A stretch of 60,866 nt of DNA, the filler included, from Ionaspis alba (lineage: Eukaryota): the NCBI GenBank assembly GCA_964255285.1. It is 7 parts of 7 records of this genome, joined end to end, with 100 filler letters (N's around TTAATTAATTAA, not from the genome) between each part and the next. Parts side by side here need not be neighbours in the genome. Positions count along the whole stretch, not along the records: positions 43,569 to 52,169 come from CAXUUL010000727.1; positions 52,270 to 60,866 come from CAXUUL010000728.1; 5 more parts are not named here. One strand, written 5' to 3'. Of the stretch, positions 47,606 through 60,845 are shown in pieces. The position numbers and the translations under genes are program-made. The notes under the pieces were generated by a model. The model did not search any database. It was not told the origin of the DNA and saw nothing but the letters and a program-made list of their open reading frames with translations. Position 1 is the first letter of the stretch; every line of letters starts with the position of its first letter.

Positions 47606-49910
47606 TCACTTCTTCTTGCTCGCATGCACAATCTCAATAATCTTATCCACCACACTCGGATCCGACAACTACAACACCCCTCAATTAGCCTACATCCTCC
47701 ACCTCTTCTTAACAGAAAGAAGACACAAAACATACCGTCGAAGTATCCCCCAAAGAATCCTCCTCCCCGGACAAAATCTTCCTCAAAATCCTCCTCATAA
47801 TCTTCCCGGACCTCGTCTTGGGCAAATCATCCACCACAAAAATGGCTTTGGGCGCCGCAAACGGGCCAATGGATTTGCGCACCTGCGTGATCATGTCTTT
47901 GCGGATCTGATCGTTGGACTCGTTGCCGTCCTTGAGGGCGACGAAGGCGTTGACGGCTTGGCCGGTGAGTTCGTCGTTGATGCCGACGACGGCGGCTTCG
48001 GCGACTTGGTCTGGGAGAGGTCAATATAGGTTGATCTTTGGATAAGGGCTAGGGAAGGAAGGGCGATGGCTTACTGTGTTCTAAGAGTGCGGCTTCGATT
48101 TCCGCAGTCGAGAGGCGATGGCCGGAGACGTTGACGACGTCGTCGACGCGGCCGCGGATCCAGTAGTAGCCTTCGTGGTCGCGGCCGGCGCCGTCGCCTG
48201 TGAACTACTGATTGTCAGTATACTTGCATGTCCTTAAACGGTCGGGGGAGGACGTACGTAGTAGCCTTTGTATACATTCAGGTAAGTATCCATATATCGC
48301 TTATGGGCACCCCAAATAGTGCGCGTCATGCTAGGCCATGGCTTCTTGATCGCCAGTACACCCTCGACGTCGTTGCCGTGGATCTCTTCGCCAGAGACGG
48401 GATCGATGATAGCGGGCTCGATGCCGAAGAATGGTAGGGAGGCGCTTCCGGGCTTGGTGGGCGTGACGCCTCCCAGTGGGGTGATGACGTGGGATCCGGT
48501 TTCTGTTTGCCAGTATGTCTGGGTAGAAATGTCAGTCGGGACTGGTTGTCTAGTACAGACATGATACTCACGTCCACAACGTGTGCTTCCTCCTTTCCCA
48601 CAATCTCAAAATACCATTTCCAGACCTCGGCGGCAATGGGCTCACCGACGGATCCTAGAATACGCAGATGCTGCATGCGCGCCTTGCAGTGATGGTCACC
48701 AGCTCGCTTGAGTAATCTCAGCGCAGTAGGCGCGACATAGAACTGCGTGACCTTGTGCTTGTCAATCACATCCCAATATCTCGAGAAATTCGGATATGCC
48801 GGCGTGCCCTCGAACACCACAGTCGCGACTCCCAGAAGCAGAGGTGCATAGACGACATAGGTATGTCCCGTAATCCAGCCCACATCTCCACCACAGAAGA
48901 AAGTATCACTGTCATGAATATCAAACACATACTTCCCCGTCGCCGCGGCCCCAAGCAAATACCCCGCAGTCGTATGCATAACCCCCTTTGGCTTCCCCGT
49001 CGACCCCGACGTATAAAGCAAAAACAACGGATCCTCCGAGCTCATCGACTCGGGGGCGATATAATTCGGCCACTTCTCGACCTCCTCATGCCACCACCAA
49101 TCTCTGCCCTTCGTCCACGGGACATCGGCGCCGGTCCGCTTGAAAACCAAGCAATGGCTTACATCCGGACACTGCTTGAGGGCATCATCGACGATTTTCT
49201 TAGTTCCAATGAGCTTCCCTCCGCGCTTCCCCTCATCACTGGTAATGATAACCTTCGACTGCGCATCAATCACGCGATCCCTGAGCGAATCCGACGAAAA
49301 CCCCGCAAAGACAACCGAGTGCACGGCTCCAATGCGCGTACACGCCAAGAACGAAATCAACGCCTCAGGCACCATGGGCAGGTAGAGCGCAACCGAGTCG
49401 CCCTTCTTGACACCCATCTGCTTCAGCACATAAGCCAGCTTGCAAACATCCCTCAAAAGCTCGCCGTACGAGATAACACGCCCCTCGTTCGGATCATCAG
49501 CCTCGTAGATAATAGCCGGCTTATCAGGATTGTTCACAGCATGGCGATCGACGCAGTTATAGGAGGCATTGAGACGGCCTTCCAGGAACCAGGCGTTGTC
49601 GCCGTGCTCGAAGGAGCCCGTGTGCACGGTCTGGAAGTCTTTCTCCCAGGTCAACAGGTCGCGGGCGAGTTTACCCCAGAATTTGTCGGGGTTGTCGATG
49701 CTTTCTTTGTAGAGGGTTTTGTATTCGTCGAGACCGCTGAGGTGGGGCTTCGCGGGGTGTTTGTCGAACATTGCTTTGGGGACGTGGAAGGTGTCTGCGA
49801 AAGGATTAGTAGGGGGGCAAAGGGGGAGGAAAAAGGGGGTTTTACGGACCGACATTGTGGGCTTCGGCCACTACGGGCCCTTTGGGAGGGGGAACGTCGC
49901 CTTCGGACAT
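47606..49910 (-). CDS. facA: Acetyl-CoA synthetase (AMP-forming), multi-exon
   Basis: [84 protein letters not shown] at 47608-47606. Confidence 0.95.
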
Positions 49911-50183
49911 GTTTTTTGGTTGTGGATTGTTTTGGGAGTAGAGAGACGAGATGTTTACACGCAGTAGGAGCTCGCAGAGTAAAGGGTAGTAGTGACGAGT
50001 AAGTGAGATAAGATGACTACTACAAGAGAGACTTTGTACGAGACTGTGTGAGAGGGAGGAAAGGAGGAGATCTAAAAGCAGACTGAAGTCCAAAATGAAA
50101 TAAACCAAGCCCAAGAAACAAGGTCACACGGATCAGCGCCAATAATCAATAACCAATGATATAAGTATGTGGTCCTCTTTATG

Positions 50184-50374
50184 GATACGGAGCAAGATAC
50201 CGGTAGAGTGGACAATCGGAAGCAATTCCAAAGCTGAAAGTCGTGTGGCAGGAATCGAGAACAACATGGTGGGGGAGGCGGGGTGTGGGGTAACGCGAGG
50301 GACGCCCCGCCAAGGATCAAGAAGCTCCGACTCCGTCACTCCTGCTGGATCATCATTCGGAGATACGGAGCAAG
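50184..50374. promoter_or_regulatory. Putative carbon-regulation elements in the facA upstream region
   Basis: CGG-N6-GGA at 50201-50212 (CSRE/FacB-like); 13-bp direct repeat GATACGGAGCAAG at 50184 and 50362; clustered SYGGRG (CreA-like) sites around 50268-50310. Confidence 0.45.
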
Positions 50375-50888
50375 GGAAGAAAAGGAAGGGAGAGCTTGGT
50401 CTATGGCGCCAATCAGGTTGGAGTGCAGGAAGGTTGGGCCCAGGAACCAGAACATGCGGATTTGAAATTCCGACGACCGCCGTGATGGGACGACATGTGC
50501 ATGCTCCATCGAGCATTTCCTCGGATGTTGGTGTTGGCAATGGATTGGCTAGAAGCACTGCCCGTCTAGATCTGGAGGTTCGAGAAATCTCCTTACCACT
50601 GTGAAGGTCGTGGTTGTGCATATCTAATTCTACGATCCTAGCAACTCCTACATCCCTCGATTGACTGACATTTGTAAATTTTCCCGCAATCAACATCGTA
50701 CTTTTGGCTATGTGCAATTGAAAGTAGCTAATCGCCAAGAAAACAATCAACCCACAAAGCAGATGTGACAGCTGTACAAAGGAAGGAAGGCGTGCTCCAT
50801 CTCGTCGTCAACCTCTTCAGTCATAACCACATATCGCTCATCTCAATATCAGTCAATCTCATGACAGTTTTAGCGCAAGGTGCTTTCC

Positions 50889-52169
50889 CTAGTCAAAGGT
50901 AATGGCAGCTTTGATCGCAGACTTGTTTCTCATAGCCTCGAGGCACTCAGCCCATTGCTCGAGTTTGAAGGTCTTGTTGACGATGCCATGCACCTTGACC
51001 TTGCCACTGTCGAGGTAGTCGATAGCTGCAGGGACTAAAGGACGAGAACATCAGTTTTGCTCTTCGGGTTACAAGATGATTGAAACTTACATTTGTAGGT
51101 CTCACTGAAGGAGCCCAGGATAGTGATCTCATCCCCGAAGATCTTGGATGGTGGCCATGAGACACGAGCAGCGTTGGAATAGACACCATACACCACGAGC
51201 TTGCCACCTCTTCGCACATAGTTGATGGAGTCCTCGAGGACAGACACACTGCCGGTAGCCTCGATGACGATATCGAAGCCGTACGGGTTCTCCTCCTTCA
51301 ATTGCTTGAATTGTGGGCCTAGTCATGACTTCAGCTTCGAGAGACTTCGCCGTGTGGAATCTATACATACTAGAATCCTTGCGGGATAGCGGAACATAGA
51401 CATCTCCAGCCCCCAACTGATGTCCCAATATTAGCTCTATCATTGTCCGTGTTCGTTCGAGACTTACACTCTTCGCAAGGTCCATCTTCAAGCCCTCTGG
51501 AGCAGCGACCACGACGTGGCAACCACCGTTCTGGCGAAGAAGCTGGGCAAGCACAAGACCCGTGGGACCAGCACCCAACATGAGAATGCTCGAGCCCATC
51601 CTGAAGCAAGAGTCAGTATATAGGCGACCTCTTCTCGGAAAGATGTACAGACTTGGGAGCAATCTTGTCCAAGCCATGTGCAGCGCAAGAGGCAGGCTCA
51701 AGCAGAGTAGCTTCGACATCCGACAGGTTCTTGATCTGGAAGACCTTTCCAGCAGGATACGCACAGTACTCTGCAAAGGCTCCAGGCAGAGTCACACTAC
51801 ACAGATCAGCCAACGCTCTATCGAAGAGGATCCAATGCCAATCCTACCCGTGGGCCTCGAAGTGTTCACAAAGTAGCGCCTCGCCACGTCGGCAGTAGAA
51901 GCATTCTCCGCAGAGTTCCTAGTCAAGAGTCAATGGCATGTCATTTGACGAACAGTATAGGGGCTGTACCGAATTATCTGCCACAACCCTCATTCCAATG
52001 TCGAAAGCCTTGACATTCTTGCCAACGGCTGCGACAACTCCGACGACCTCATGTCCTACCGAATATGTTAGCAGCTACATCAGATACATACGCGAGCCAA
52101 GCTGTGTTTGTGGACTCCGCAGGCCTCCGGAAGCTCTTGGCATGGAAGAACCTTGTTGTGGGAAATGAT
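50889..52169 (-). CDS. Zinc-dependent medium-chain dehydrogenase, D-arabinitol dehydrogenase-like; many introns; 5'-truncated
   Basis: GHEVVG, structural Zn [50 protein letters not shown] at 50891-50889. Confidence 0.85.
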
Positions 52170-52269
52170 NNNNNNNNNNNNNNNNNNNNNNNNNNNNNNN
52201 NNNNNNNNNNNNNTTAATTAATTAANNNNNNNNNNNNNNNNNNNNNNNNNNNNNNNNNNNNNNNNNNNN
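52170..52269. other. Artificial contig linker
   Basis: N44-TTAATTAATTAA-N44. Confidence 0.98.
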
Positions 52270-52896
52270 GATCTTACCTTCATGGATACATTGCTGACCA
52301 ATCTATCCTCAATTCTCTGCGTCGATACGTCTCGGATCTACGCTGCTGGTAAATCCAACGGCGGCGGTTTCGTTTCTACTCTTGCTTGTTCACCACTTCT
52401 CTCATCCAGGATTGCTGCATTTGCAGCAGTCTCTGGTGCCTTCTATCAGCATCCAGATGGTGTTCCGCTCAGTGGGCACTGTCATCCTAACAGTCGCCGC
52501 AAGTCGACGCCTATGCTGGAGTTTCACGGCGGGGAGGAGTGCACGATCTGTTATCCGGGTGGAAATGGGCACCAGAGACAGTGTGTGAAGTGTGCTAGTG
52601 GTGGTGAGAGTGGTGATAAGACGTTGCCATCCATCAAGGAATGGTTGAGGATGTGGGCGGTTAGAAATGGGTGCAAGGTGGGAGAGGTTGGGATTGAGAA
52701 TAAACTCAGAGGAGACCAGGTGAGAAAGACGGCGTGGTCTTGCAGTGGTAAGAATGATGTTGTGGTCGGATATTGGGTTCGGGATTTGAAACATTGGTGG
52801 CCGAGCAAGGCGGAGAACATGGACAATCATGGGGTGACAACTGTTATTGAGGCGACCAAGATTATTATGGATTTCTTCGGAAATCATACGCTTTGA
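52270..52896 (+). CDS. CE1/LpqC-type alpha/beta esterase (feruloyl esterase or PHB depolymerase-like), 5'-truncated
   Basis: CVDTSRIYAAGKSNGGG nucleophile elbow, LAC..RIAAFAAVSGA, EFHG, WAVRNGC, HWWP, IMDFF. Confidence 0.8.
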   Translation, partial: DLTFMDTLLTNLSSILCVDTSRIYAAGKSNGGGFVSTLACSPLLSSRIAAFAAVSGAFYQHPDGVPLSGHCHPNSRRKSTPMLEFHGGEECTICYPGGNGHQRQCVKCASGGESGDKTLPSIKEWLRMWAVRNGCKVGEVGIENKLRGDQVRKTAWSCSGKNDVVVGYWVRDLKHWWPSKAENMDNHGVTTVIEATKIIMDFFGNHTL

Positions 52897-52956
52897 TAGC
52901 CCTGCTTGGGATGATATCTTTTCTACAGGATCGAGTATCTTGAGTAGCAAAAGACA

Positions 52957-53864
52957 TTACAGATAACTCCCCTTTGCAAACCTCGATCCAAAATCTGCTG
53001 CACGTGTCAGCATCTCTTTCTTCTTCGCATAATTGATCTTCACGCCTCCAATGTCCTTTTCTTTATCAAAAGCCCGCTTGCTGGGATCGTCCTCCTTCTC
53101 CTTCGGTGTCGTCTTCTTATGCTCATTGTAGAGTGACGAGTTCCGGTTTTTCTCCTATTGAACAACATTCATCAACGATCCATTCCGCACAAGCGAAACA
53201 TCTAGTTCAGCGGACGACTCACATTATATTCTCTAATTCTCCTCTCGGTCTCCCTGGCTTCAGCTTCACCGCTCGCCGCCTTATGACTTTTCTGCTCCAA
53301 GTGAGCTGGTGCCTTGATGCCCATCACTTCGTCTTCAAGTCGTTTTCGCTTCTCCTCCGGCGTCTCCGTCCATATGGTATCAATCCCGTTGCCTTTTTGA
53401 GCAGGAGCTTTTGCACCCTTGCCAGTGTTGAATTTGCGGTTGCGGAGCTTCGTAGGGTCGACTCGTGACGACCAGTCGTCCTGTTTTGGAGGCACCAGCA
53501 TCCACTCCTCCCTTTTGGGCTTTTGTACTAGTTCTTGTGCCTCCGCATCAGCGACTACTTGGCCAGCACGTTGCGTTTCTATTTCAGTGTTGATCTTGCT
53601 TGAAGCAAGTGGGAGGGCTGGTCCAAGCTCGACATCACTATCACTGTCCTCTCCTTCATAAGGGCCTTGATTCGGTCGTTCATCTAAAGGTGCTGGTGGT
53701 AATGATGGTCCTAGAACTCGTTGCCGTTTTGAAGCACTGTCGCTATCTGGCGAGCTGGAGGTTCTCCGTGGGTCGGCAGATTCCTGTTCTGCGTACTCGG
53801 CCTCTTGCTCACGTTTGCGCTTTGCAGCCAAGTGAGGGGGAAGCTCTGGTCCAACGGTAACCAT
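52957..53864 (-). CDS. DUF3752/GPALPP1-like nuclear protein; 2 exons
   Basis: VGPELPPHL, LGPSLPP, LGPALP, KREEWMLVPP, WTETPEEKRKRL, second exon DDPSKRAFDKEKD..FGSRFAKGSYL*. Confidence 0.85.
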
Positions 53865-54251
53865 AGTGAGCATATGCCGACTTTCTGAGTAGGAGGTAAG
53901 TTAATTCTGGTGATGTTTCTAATCGGCCGAGGTGGAGATTATGCATGCGGCTCAACACTAGCGTTGTCACCGAGCTTGGCAACTTCGGCTGGAGCATCCG
54001 CGACTGATATGGCGTAGCACGAGTATGTTCGATATGCGACAGCTTCCTCCAGGGGATACATACCTATACACAGACATTGGTTCCGAGCAGGCTGCTGCCG
54101 GGGCTTTGGACGTGATAATTGGAAAGTATTTCACATGATGAACCCGGCTCATTGAATATGCAATGACTACGACGGATTAGGCTCCTTGTCGAATTACACA
54201 GCTTGCTTCGATGAGCACCATCGAAGACATGTGGGCATTCAGACGGCCCTG

Positions 54252-57200
54252 ATGAGCACAGTGCAGGATGAGACCGACGTAGGTCCTGGAGAGCAATCGA
54301 TCGGATTGGAAAGCGAAAGCCACTCCTACCACGAAGATGGCGCATACTCCGAGCAACATCCGAGAGGTATGGGAACCTCACCGGAGGCGGAAGAATACGA
54401 AGTTGAAGAGCAGGTCATGAAGCCCAACGGCAATGTTCCTCGAGGTCACAAAGATATCAAGCAAGTCCAGCAAGTTGATGATACACTCTTCGATGACGGC
54501 GCAGATATATTGAACAGTTCGGTGCCTCAGAGACCATCAAGTGCTGATGGCTCTCTATCGGCGCCAGATGACACCCCTTCTATCCAGGTACTTTTGTTTC
54601 AAATTTTAGGTGTAATTTTGTGCTGATAAACTTAGAATTCCATATTGTCCTCCCAGGCCAGCGGTCTTCGATTCTCTCGTCGTGATAACAGTCCTACACC
54701 CTCCCTTCGTCCGTTCGACAGGCGCTTCCAGTCACGTCTGTCACCCTCTCCGCTCAGTACGCCTCGAGCGATTTCACCTGCATTCTTAAATCTTCATACC
54801 CGCCAATCATCCGCAACCAGTCATTTGTTCCAAGATGCAGGCGACCCAGAAACTCCTGATGCACCTTGGGAAGTTGTGAGGTGGACACGGTTGCGAAGGA
54901 TATCGGGTCAAGCGTTTTCTGAAATGGGAAAACGCAATCACGGACGTCCGACTTGTTTCGCGATATCAACGTCAATAGCACTAGGGACTTCTAAAGGCAT
55001 GATTCTCGTTTTTGATTATCATCAGAATCTCAAGGCCATCATGGGGCCGGGCACAAAAGCAATGGAGAGTGGGGCTGTCACATCGATTGCGATATCTGCA
55101 GATAATTCGACTGTTGCTGGTGGCCACGCGAATGGCAGTATCTTTACTTGGGATATCTCAAAGACCGCGAGTCCATTTCTCCAAATTTCGTCAACCGATC
55201 TTATCCGGCTCCAAGGCTCCGATATAGACGGTCATGTTTCAGGAGCCGCAGTTCTTCACATTGGCTTCCTCGGTGCCAGACATACTGCACTTGTATCGGC
55301 CGATGAGAAAGGAATGGCTTTTTCACACCTTGCTTCCCGCGGCATGGGTGTCATTGCTCGTGCTGTGAAGACCACTCGGATTTTGGGACGATATCCAGAA
55401 ATAAATCCTGATGCCCTACGTCCCAGGAAGCCAAGCACAGTTTTAGCGTTTGCATCCTTACCCTTGGGTAATTACGAACACTCTACCGATTCGCTGGGAT
55501 TGGTCGCGATGCTAACTCCTTATTTGCTTGTCATTGTCTCCACTACTCCAGTTGCACAGACGCAACACAAGGCTGCAAGACCCAAGGAAGTTGCAGCTCA
55601 CGGTGCGATGTGTGCCGCTCTTGCTTGGTTCCCGGTGGTGAAACTTGCGAAGGATAGTACAGATGACCCAGAAGACACTTCAAGAGTCAAACTTGCGTAT
55701 ACTTGGTCAAACGTACTCACTATCCTTGAAGTTGTGGAAGTTGAGCATTCCGATGGAAAGGACAAAGAAAAGCCTCCTCTTCTCCAATTTAAGCCACGGA
55801 AGAGATGGAAGGCTGAGGAAGCCATCGTGGCCATCCAGTGGCTCAGTCAGTCCGTTTTGGCCGTCATCACAATCTCCCAACAGTTCATCGTACTTGAAGA
55901 TATCGCCTTGCGAGTGACTGATTCCTCGGATCTGATCAAAAAACACATCTATCACGTGGATCTCTTCTCGCACCAGTTGAGTCAACTGGTCGAGAAATTG
56001 GATGAAGAGGACACATCCATGCATGGAGTAGTCGCAGATGCTTTTTATATGAGCTTCAAAGCCTACAAAGGTCGGCTTTTCCTCCTTGGATTCAACGACG
56101 TGTCCATGGGTACGCCGTCAAACTGGGCAGATAGATTACTTGCCCTAATGGAGCAAGGCAACTTCATTGGTGCGATTGAATTGGCAACCTCCTACTACAT
56201 CGGCGGCACTGACAAAGCTACTGTGGGACTTCCGTTGGACGATGTTTCGCGACACACACTTGTCGAGGAGAAGTTGATCGAGATGATATCCGCTTCCCTG
56301 AGATATGCTTTTGGTAAGAATCAGGAGGCAGGCTCTGCGAGAGTGACAAAAATCCAGATGAAGGAGCTCGCAGCAGCTTGTTTCGTGGCATGCCGCAGTC
56401 TCGACCACATGGATTTTCTCTTTGGCGATGTATATACCTGGTATCTGGATGGAGAAGTCCAAGATATATTCCTTCAAGTACTGGAGCCGTACATTTTCAA
56501 CGGCGATGTTAAGGACTTGCCTCCAACGATAATTAAAGATCTGATCGATCACTACGTAGAGCTTGGCCACAATGCTCGACTCGAAGAGATCTTATGTCAC
56601 TTAAATCCGGGAACAATGGACATCGATCAAATCACAAATCTTTGCAAGAAGTACCAGCTTTACGATGCCCTTCTCTATGTATGGAGTCAGGCTCTCGAAG
56701 ACTATACAACCATACTGAAAGACCTAGTACGTGTGCAAAGCGAGCGATCTGTTGCAGACGCCGATGACGATGAAGGGGGAGATCTGACTACCAAGATTTT
56801 GACATACTTGACATATGTATTGACCGGTCGGACTTATCCTATCGGCGATCCGATGCCAGAGGACAAGGCCAATCTAGCCAAAGCTGATGTCTATCATTTC
56901 TTATTCTCGGGGAAAGCGACGAACACTACAACTCAAGATACAGAACAGAGCCCAATCGGCCTCACGTTCTTCAATCTCCAACGATTACTGCAGCTGGACG
57001 CTTCAGGGCTTCTCAGTGCGCTGAACGAAGCCTTCGAGGACGGTTTCTTGAATGGACTCTCTGACACTCTCGTTAGTACGGGAAGCCTTACAGATGAGCA
57101 ACGGTTTGGCATTTCGCTGAATCGCCAGTACATCGTCAGCATTCTCCTTGAAGTCATGACAGCTCCGAGATATAGCGCTGAAGAGATCATCTATCTGGAC

Positions 57201-58661
57201 ATGTTTATAGCCCGTAACCTTCCCAAATTTCCGCAATTCATCCTCTTGTCTGGCAGTATNNNNNNNNNNNNNNNNNNNNNNNNNNNNNNNNNNNNNNNNN
57301 NNNNNNNNNNNNNNNNNNNNNNNNNNNNNNNNNNNNNNNNNNNNNNNNNNNNNNNNNNNTTATCCCAGCAATTCGTCGAGCAGTACGTTCGTTTGCTGTG
57401 CGATCATGATCCCCACCATGTCAGCGACTACGTGGACAAGTTGAAGGGCGGCGATCTGAGACTTGAGGAGGTACTGCCCGCACTTGAGAACAGTGGCGTC
57501 ATTGATGCAGCGGTCGTGCTCCTGGCAAGGGAAGGCAAGGTCAGGGCAGGTATTGATCGACTTACAAAACATCTGAAAACTCTCGAAGCTGCTTTGCTCG
57601 GACTCGTTGAAGGAATAGAATCATCTCCTGATGTTGCTAATACGCAGGAAGCGGTGAATGATCTTGTTGAATCCCTCCAAAAGTTTGAACGAGTCGGAGT
57701 CTGGCTCTGCCAAGGCCAGTCTAAATCTGTCTCCAAGTCTCAAGCAGCGTCGAAACGAAGCAAACAGAAAAGGTCCATGAATGATGAGTTGACAGCAGAT
57801 GAGCTGTTGTGGCTTGATTTGGTCGATTCGGTCGTTCAAGTAACAAGAAATGTCAGCGAGGCGTTGGAAACACTTCCAGGTACAACCAGCAAACGAGAAG
57901 TGAGCGAGAAACCATCTTCCGGGAAGTCGCAGTCACTTGAACGCTCAAGTACCTTGGCAAGTCTTCGCAACATTGTGCAAGGGACGTTCACAGCACTACT
58001 TGTTGCGACTAGTGTTCCTGATGCCGATCAAGTACGGCAGAAGGATATCTCCTTCTTACGCATTCTGCGAGCCTTCCTCAACCGTGCAGCACTATCTTCA
58101 CCATCGCTATCTAACCTACGAGCAGTGCTGGCCGCTATCTTTTCGGCATATTCATATGAGGAATCTTTGCTCGCTCTCGCTAATCGGCTTCTCGACAAGG
58201 ATCTCTTTGTCCACGTGGAAGAGGTCTCGGCGCTACGGAAACGAGGATGGCGGCCACTTGGTCAAGTATGCGAGGGATGCGGCAAGAAGGTTTGGGGTCC
58301 CGGCGCTGGTGGAGGAATATGGGATGCATGGGCGAGAACGAATCACGACATCGGCGGTGCCGAAAGAGAGGTGGAAGCAAGTGCTACGGTTTTGTTGCCA
58401 CGGGATAATGGCAAAGGCAAGGCCGTTGTGCACGATGTGGACGACAGTACAAGCCCTCTCGCAAAGCCGGAGTCAGCCCTTCCAGTACTGTCAAACATTG
58501 AGAAGGATGACAAGGACCACAGCGATCTGGGTCCTTTGGTGATTTTCTCCTGTCGGCACGTCTTCCACCGTACCTGTCTGGAGGAAATGCAGACGACTGA
58601 GGCTAGACAAAGAGGGTCTGAGGAAAGTAGGACACTTTTCTCATGCACACTGTGTACATAG
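54252..58661 (+). CDS. VPS8: CORVET subunit Vps8 (beta-propeller, alpha-solenoid, C-terminal RING), with an internal gap
   Basis: PWEVVRWTRL, IALGTSKG, GLVAMLTPYLLVIVSTTP, WADRLLALM, LEEILCHL..MDIDQ..LC...LYDAL.YVW; C-terminal CEGC..CRHVFHRTC..CTLC; intron near 54588-54635. Confidence 0.88.
57260..57359. other. Scaffold gap (100 N) inside Vps8
   Basis: Plain N run; flanks do not overlap. Confidence 0.95.
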
Positions 58662-59802
58662 ACAACATTGTTGTCCAGAATAGCCAACTTACCGATTTTG
58701 TCCAGTATTACAAGAAAATAATCCTTCTAATATTTCCCGCGACTGGCTCTCTTAATAATGTGTCAACGGCTCCGATCTTCCATCTTTTGAACACATACAC
58801 GGAGCACCAATCTTCCTAATGATACCCGCGGATATTGTCGGGCTCGACTTCTGACAGATATTCAAACAGTACCTGAAATCGAGTCCAAGCTTGATTCTCC
58901 AAAACACCGCAGTCCATTTTACCCGTGATTGTCAGAAAGCCAGCAGTTGTAAAGACAGGCGCATTTCTTGCGTGAAATTCATTCCCGCTATGAGACTTAC
59001 TGGAGTTGAAGTGGCATGTAGCCCTCACATACGCTCTTCAATCCTCTCCCAGGTCGGTGAATTAGCAGCCTCGGGAATCTGCTCTTGATGAAGGCGACCA
59101 TATGGGCTGCAAACTGTGGCCACACGCTAGAATGTTGGCTGGAGATGTCATGCAGGGTTTCCCCATCCACCTGTTCAATCGTCCCTGACCTGTGCATCTT
59201 CATATACGTAACCTACGCAACTTACACTGCTTTCTTGGCGTGTTTACATTCCCTTCTCTACAGGCTGATACCTTCCATCTGGAATCAGAAGCTCATTGTC
59301 GTGCGATGGACAACCACGACTACATGGGTGTGAAAGAGGACAATCTCAACCTCCTTTCGATCCACAAAACAATATTGTATGGATTCAAGGAGATCTGAAC
59401 CGACCTTCGGATGCAAGTGCCAATAGTGGAGTACGACCTCAGGCTAGGGATGATCAGCACCGTGCCAGTGAAGCTCAAACCCTACTTCGAGTCCATGGAT
59501 CGGGCGAGACGGCCAGCATAGAATCGGGAAGGGTTCAGCCAGCTCAACGAAGTGGTCGACTCGGCTCAGAACAGGGGGAAACGGAGACGGGTGAAAATGA
59601 AATTGTTAGAACTGATTCAGAAATCACAAGTACATTCCTATGGAGGACTTCTGAGAATAGATCATCCGGGAAATTATTCCAACGAAACTTGAGACGAAAC
59701 GAAAGAAGTGATGACTTGAACACCACATATTTTTCTCATGCTCTTCCTAAGCTAGCTTTGCTATGTACTGAGGTTATCGCAGCTCCAGCAGCTTCTGAGA
59801 TA

Positions 59803-60845
59803 TTATGCTTTGGGCTGTGCAGTTCGAGCAGGTCTAACAGTCTGTATAGGAAGCAAGCTCTTCACCTTTCTCATAATCGTAGTTTCTTCCTTCTCGAAAT
59901 AGGACCCGTTCTTCCGCACCAACTTGATAGCATCGGGAAGGGGAGCTTGCGAAGGGATTCCCTCGTCCAGCACATACTTTCCCATGAACATTTTCTCCAC
60001 AAACCGCGTCCTGATCTCCGGGGCGAGGGGTTCGAATGAAGTATCCAGAGGCTCGACAACTTCCCCTTTCTCTTCTGATTTTAGCTCGGCGTTCTTCTCC
60101 GTCATGGCTGAAGCCATGGTAAGAACGGCGTCTTTCTCGGCATCATCCCTGAATCGTATGAACTCCCCTTCCAGTAACTTCTTCGCCAAATACTGCTGTC
60201 TGATTCCACCATCAACCAATTCCGCAGGAGCCAGCTGATTCAAGCGCTCTTCGAGCATCTCTTCCTTGCCCCAGGTGCCCACAAATACCGAAGGACCACC
60301 ACCAACCAAGCTATCCACACCGGATTTAGCAAGCTCAATACTCGTCGCCGGATCATCAGGCGGTGCGTCCCTCGTTCGCATATACTCGATCTCTTCTGCC
60401 GTGTACAAGAACGGCTCGCTAGTTCCCTTTGACCCTCCCTCTGCTCCACCTCGCCTCGGCCGCCGTTCTCGAGCCTCTCCTCTACCCTCTCTCCCACCCT
60501 TTCCTCCTCTTACACCTCCTCGAGCGAGGCCCCGTCCAGCAAAGCCGCCTCTTCGCAGAAGTCCTCCTCTTTGTGAGGAGGCCCCCCTGAGAGATTTATT
60601 AAGCCCAGCACGAAAGTTTGGAGGTAGACCGATTCGTTGAGCTCCAGATGTTGGTGTCGCAGCCAAGGCTCTCAGATCCATGGGCTGGCCTCGCGCAGGA
60701 TTGGAATCGAGCCTTATGGAGCGGGATCCGGTTCCTTGGTCTCCTCCATTACGGGAATATTGCGAGGTATCTTGAGCTAGGTTTTGGACACGCTGGCTGT
60801 AAGCTTGGTTGCGTGCGAGACGGGCAGATTGGCCGGGAGATAGAG
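59803..60845 (-). CDS. RGG-rich hypothetical protein, possibly a fungal mitochondrial small-subunit ribosomal protein; first exon outside the window
   Basis: Frame is open upstream of ATG 60681 to a branch site/acceptor (GACTAAC..AAG) ending at 60846; RGG tract; C-terminal KNGSY..KVKSLL. Family assignment is weak. Confidence 0.65.

Noticed and set aside
48755..50002. 415-aa plus-strand ORF and similar long antisense ORFs over ADAM and the nexin
   Set aside because: Shadow frames of GC-skewed coding sequence on the opposite strand.
47606..52896. Apparent carbon-metabolism cluster (facA, dehydrogenase, esterase)
   Set aside because: The esterase is across an artificial linker; two adjacent housekeeping genes do not make a cluster.
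59085..60039. Plus-strand ORFs between Vps8 and the last gene
   Set aside because: No motif support, overlap with a better antisense gene, and only a weak possible intron.
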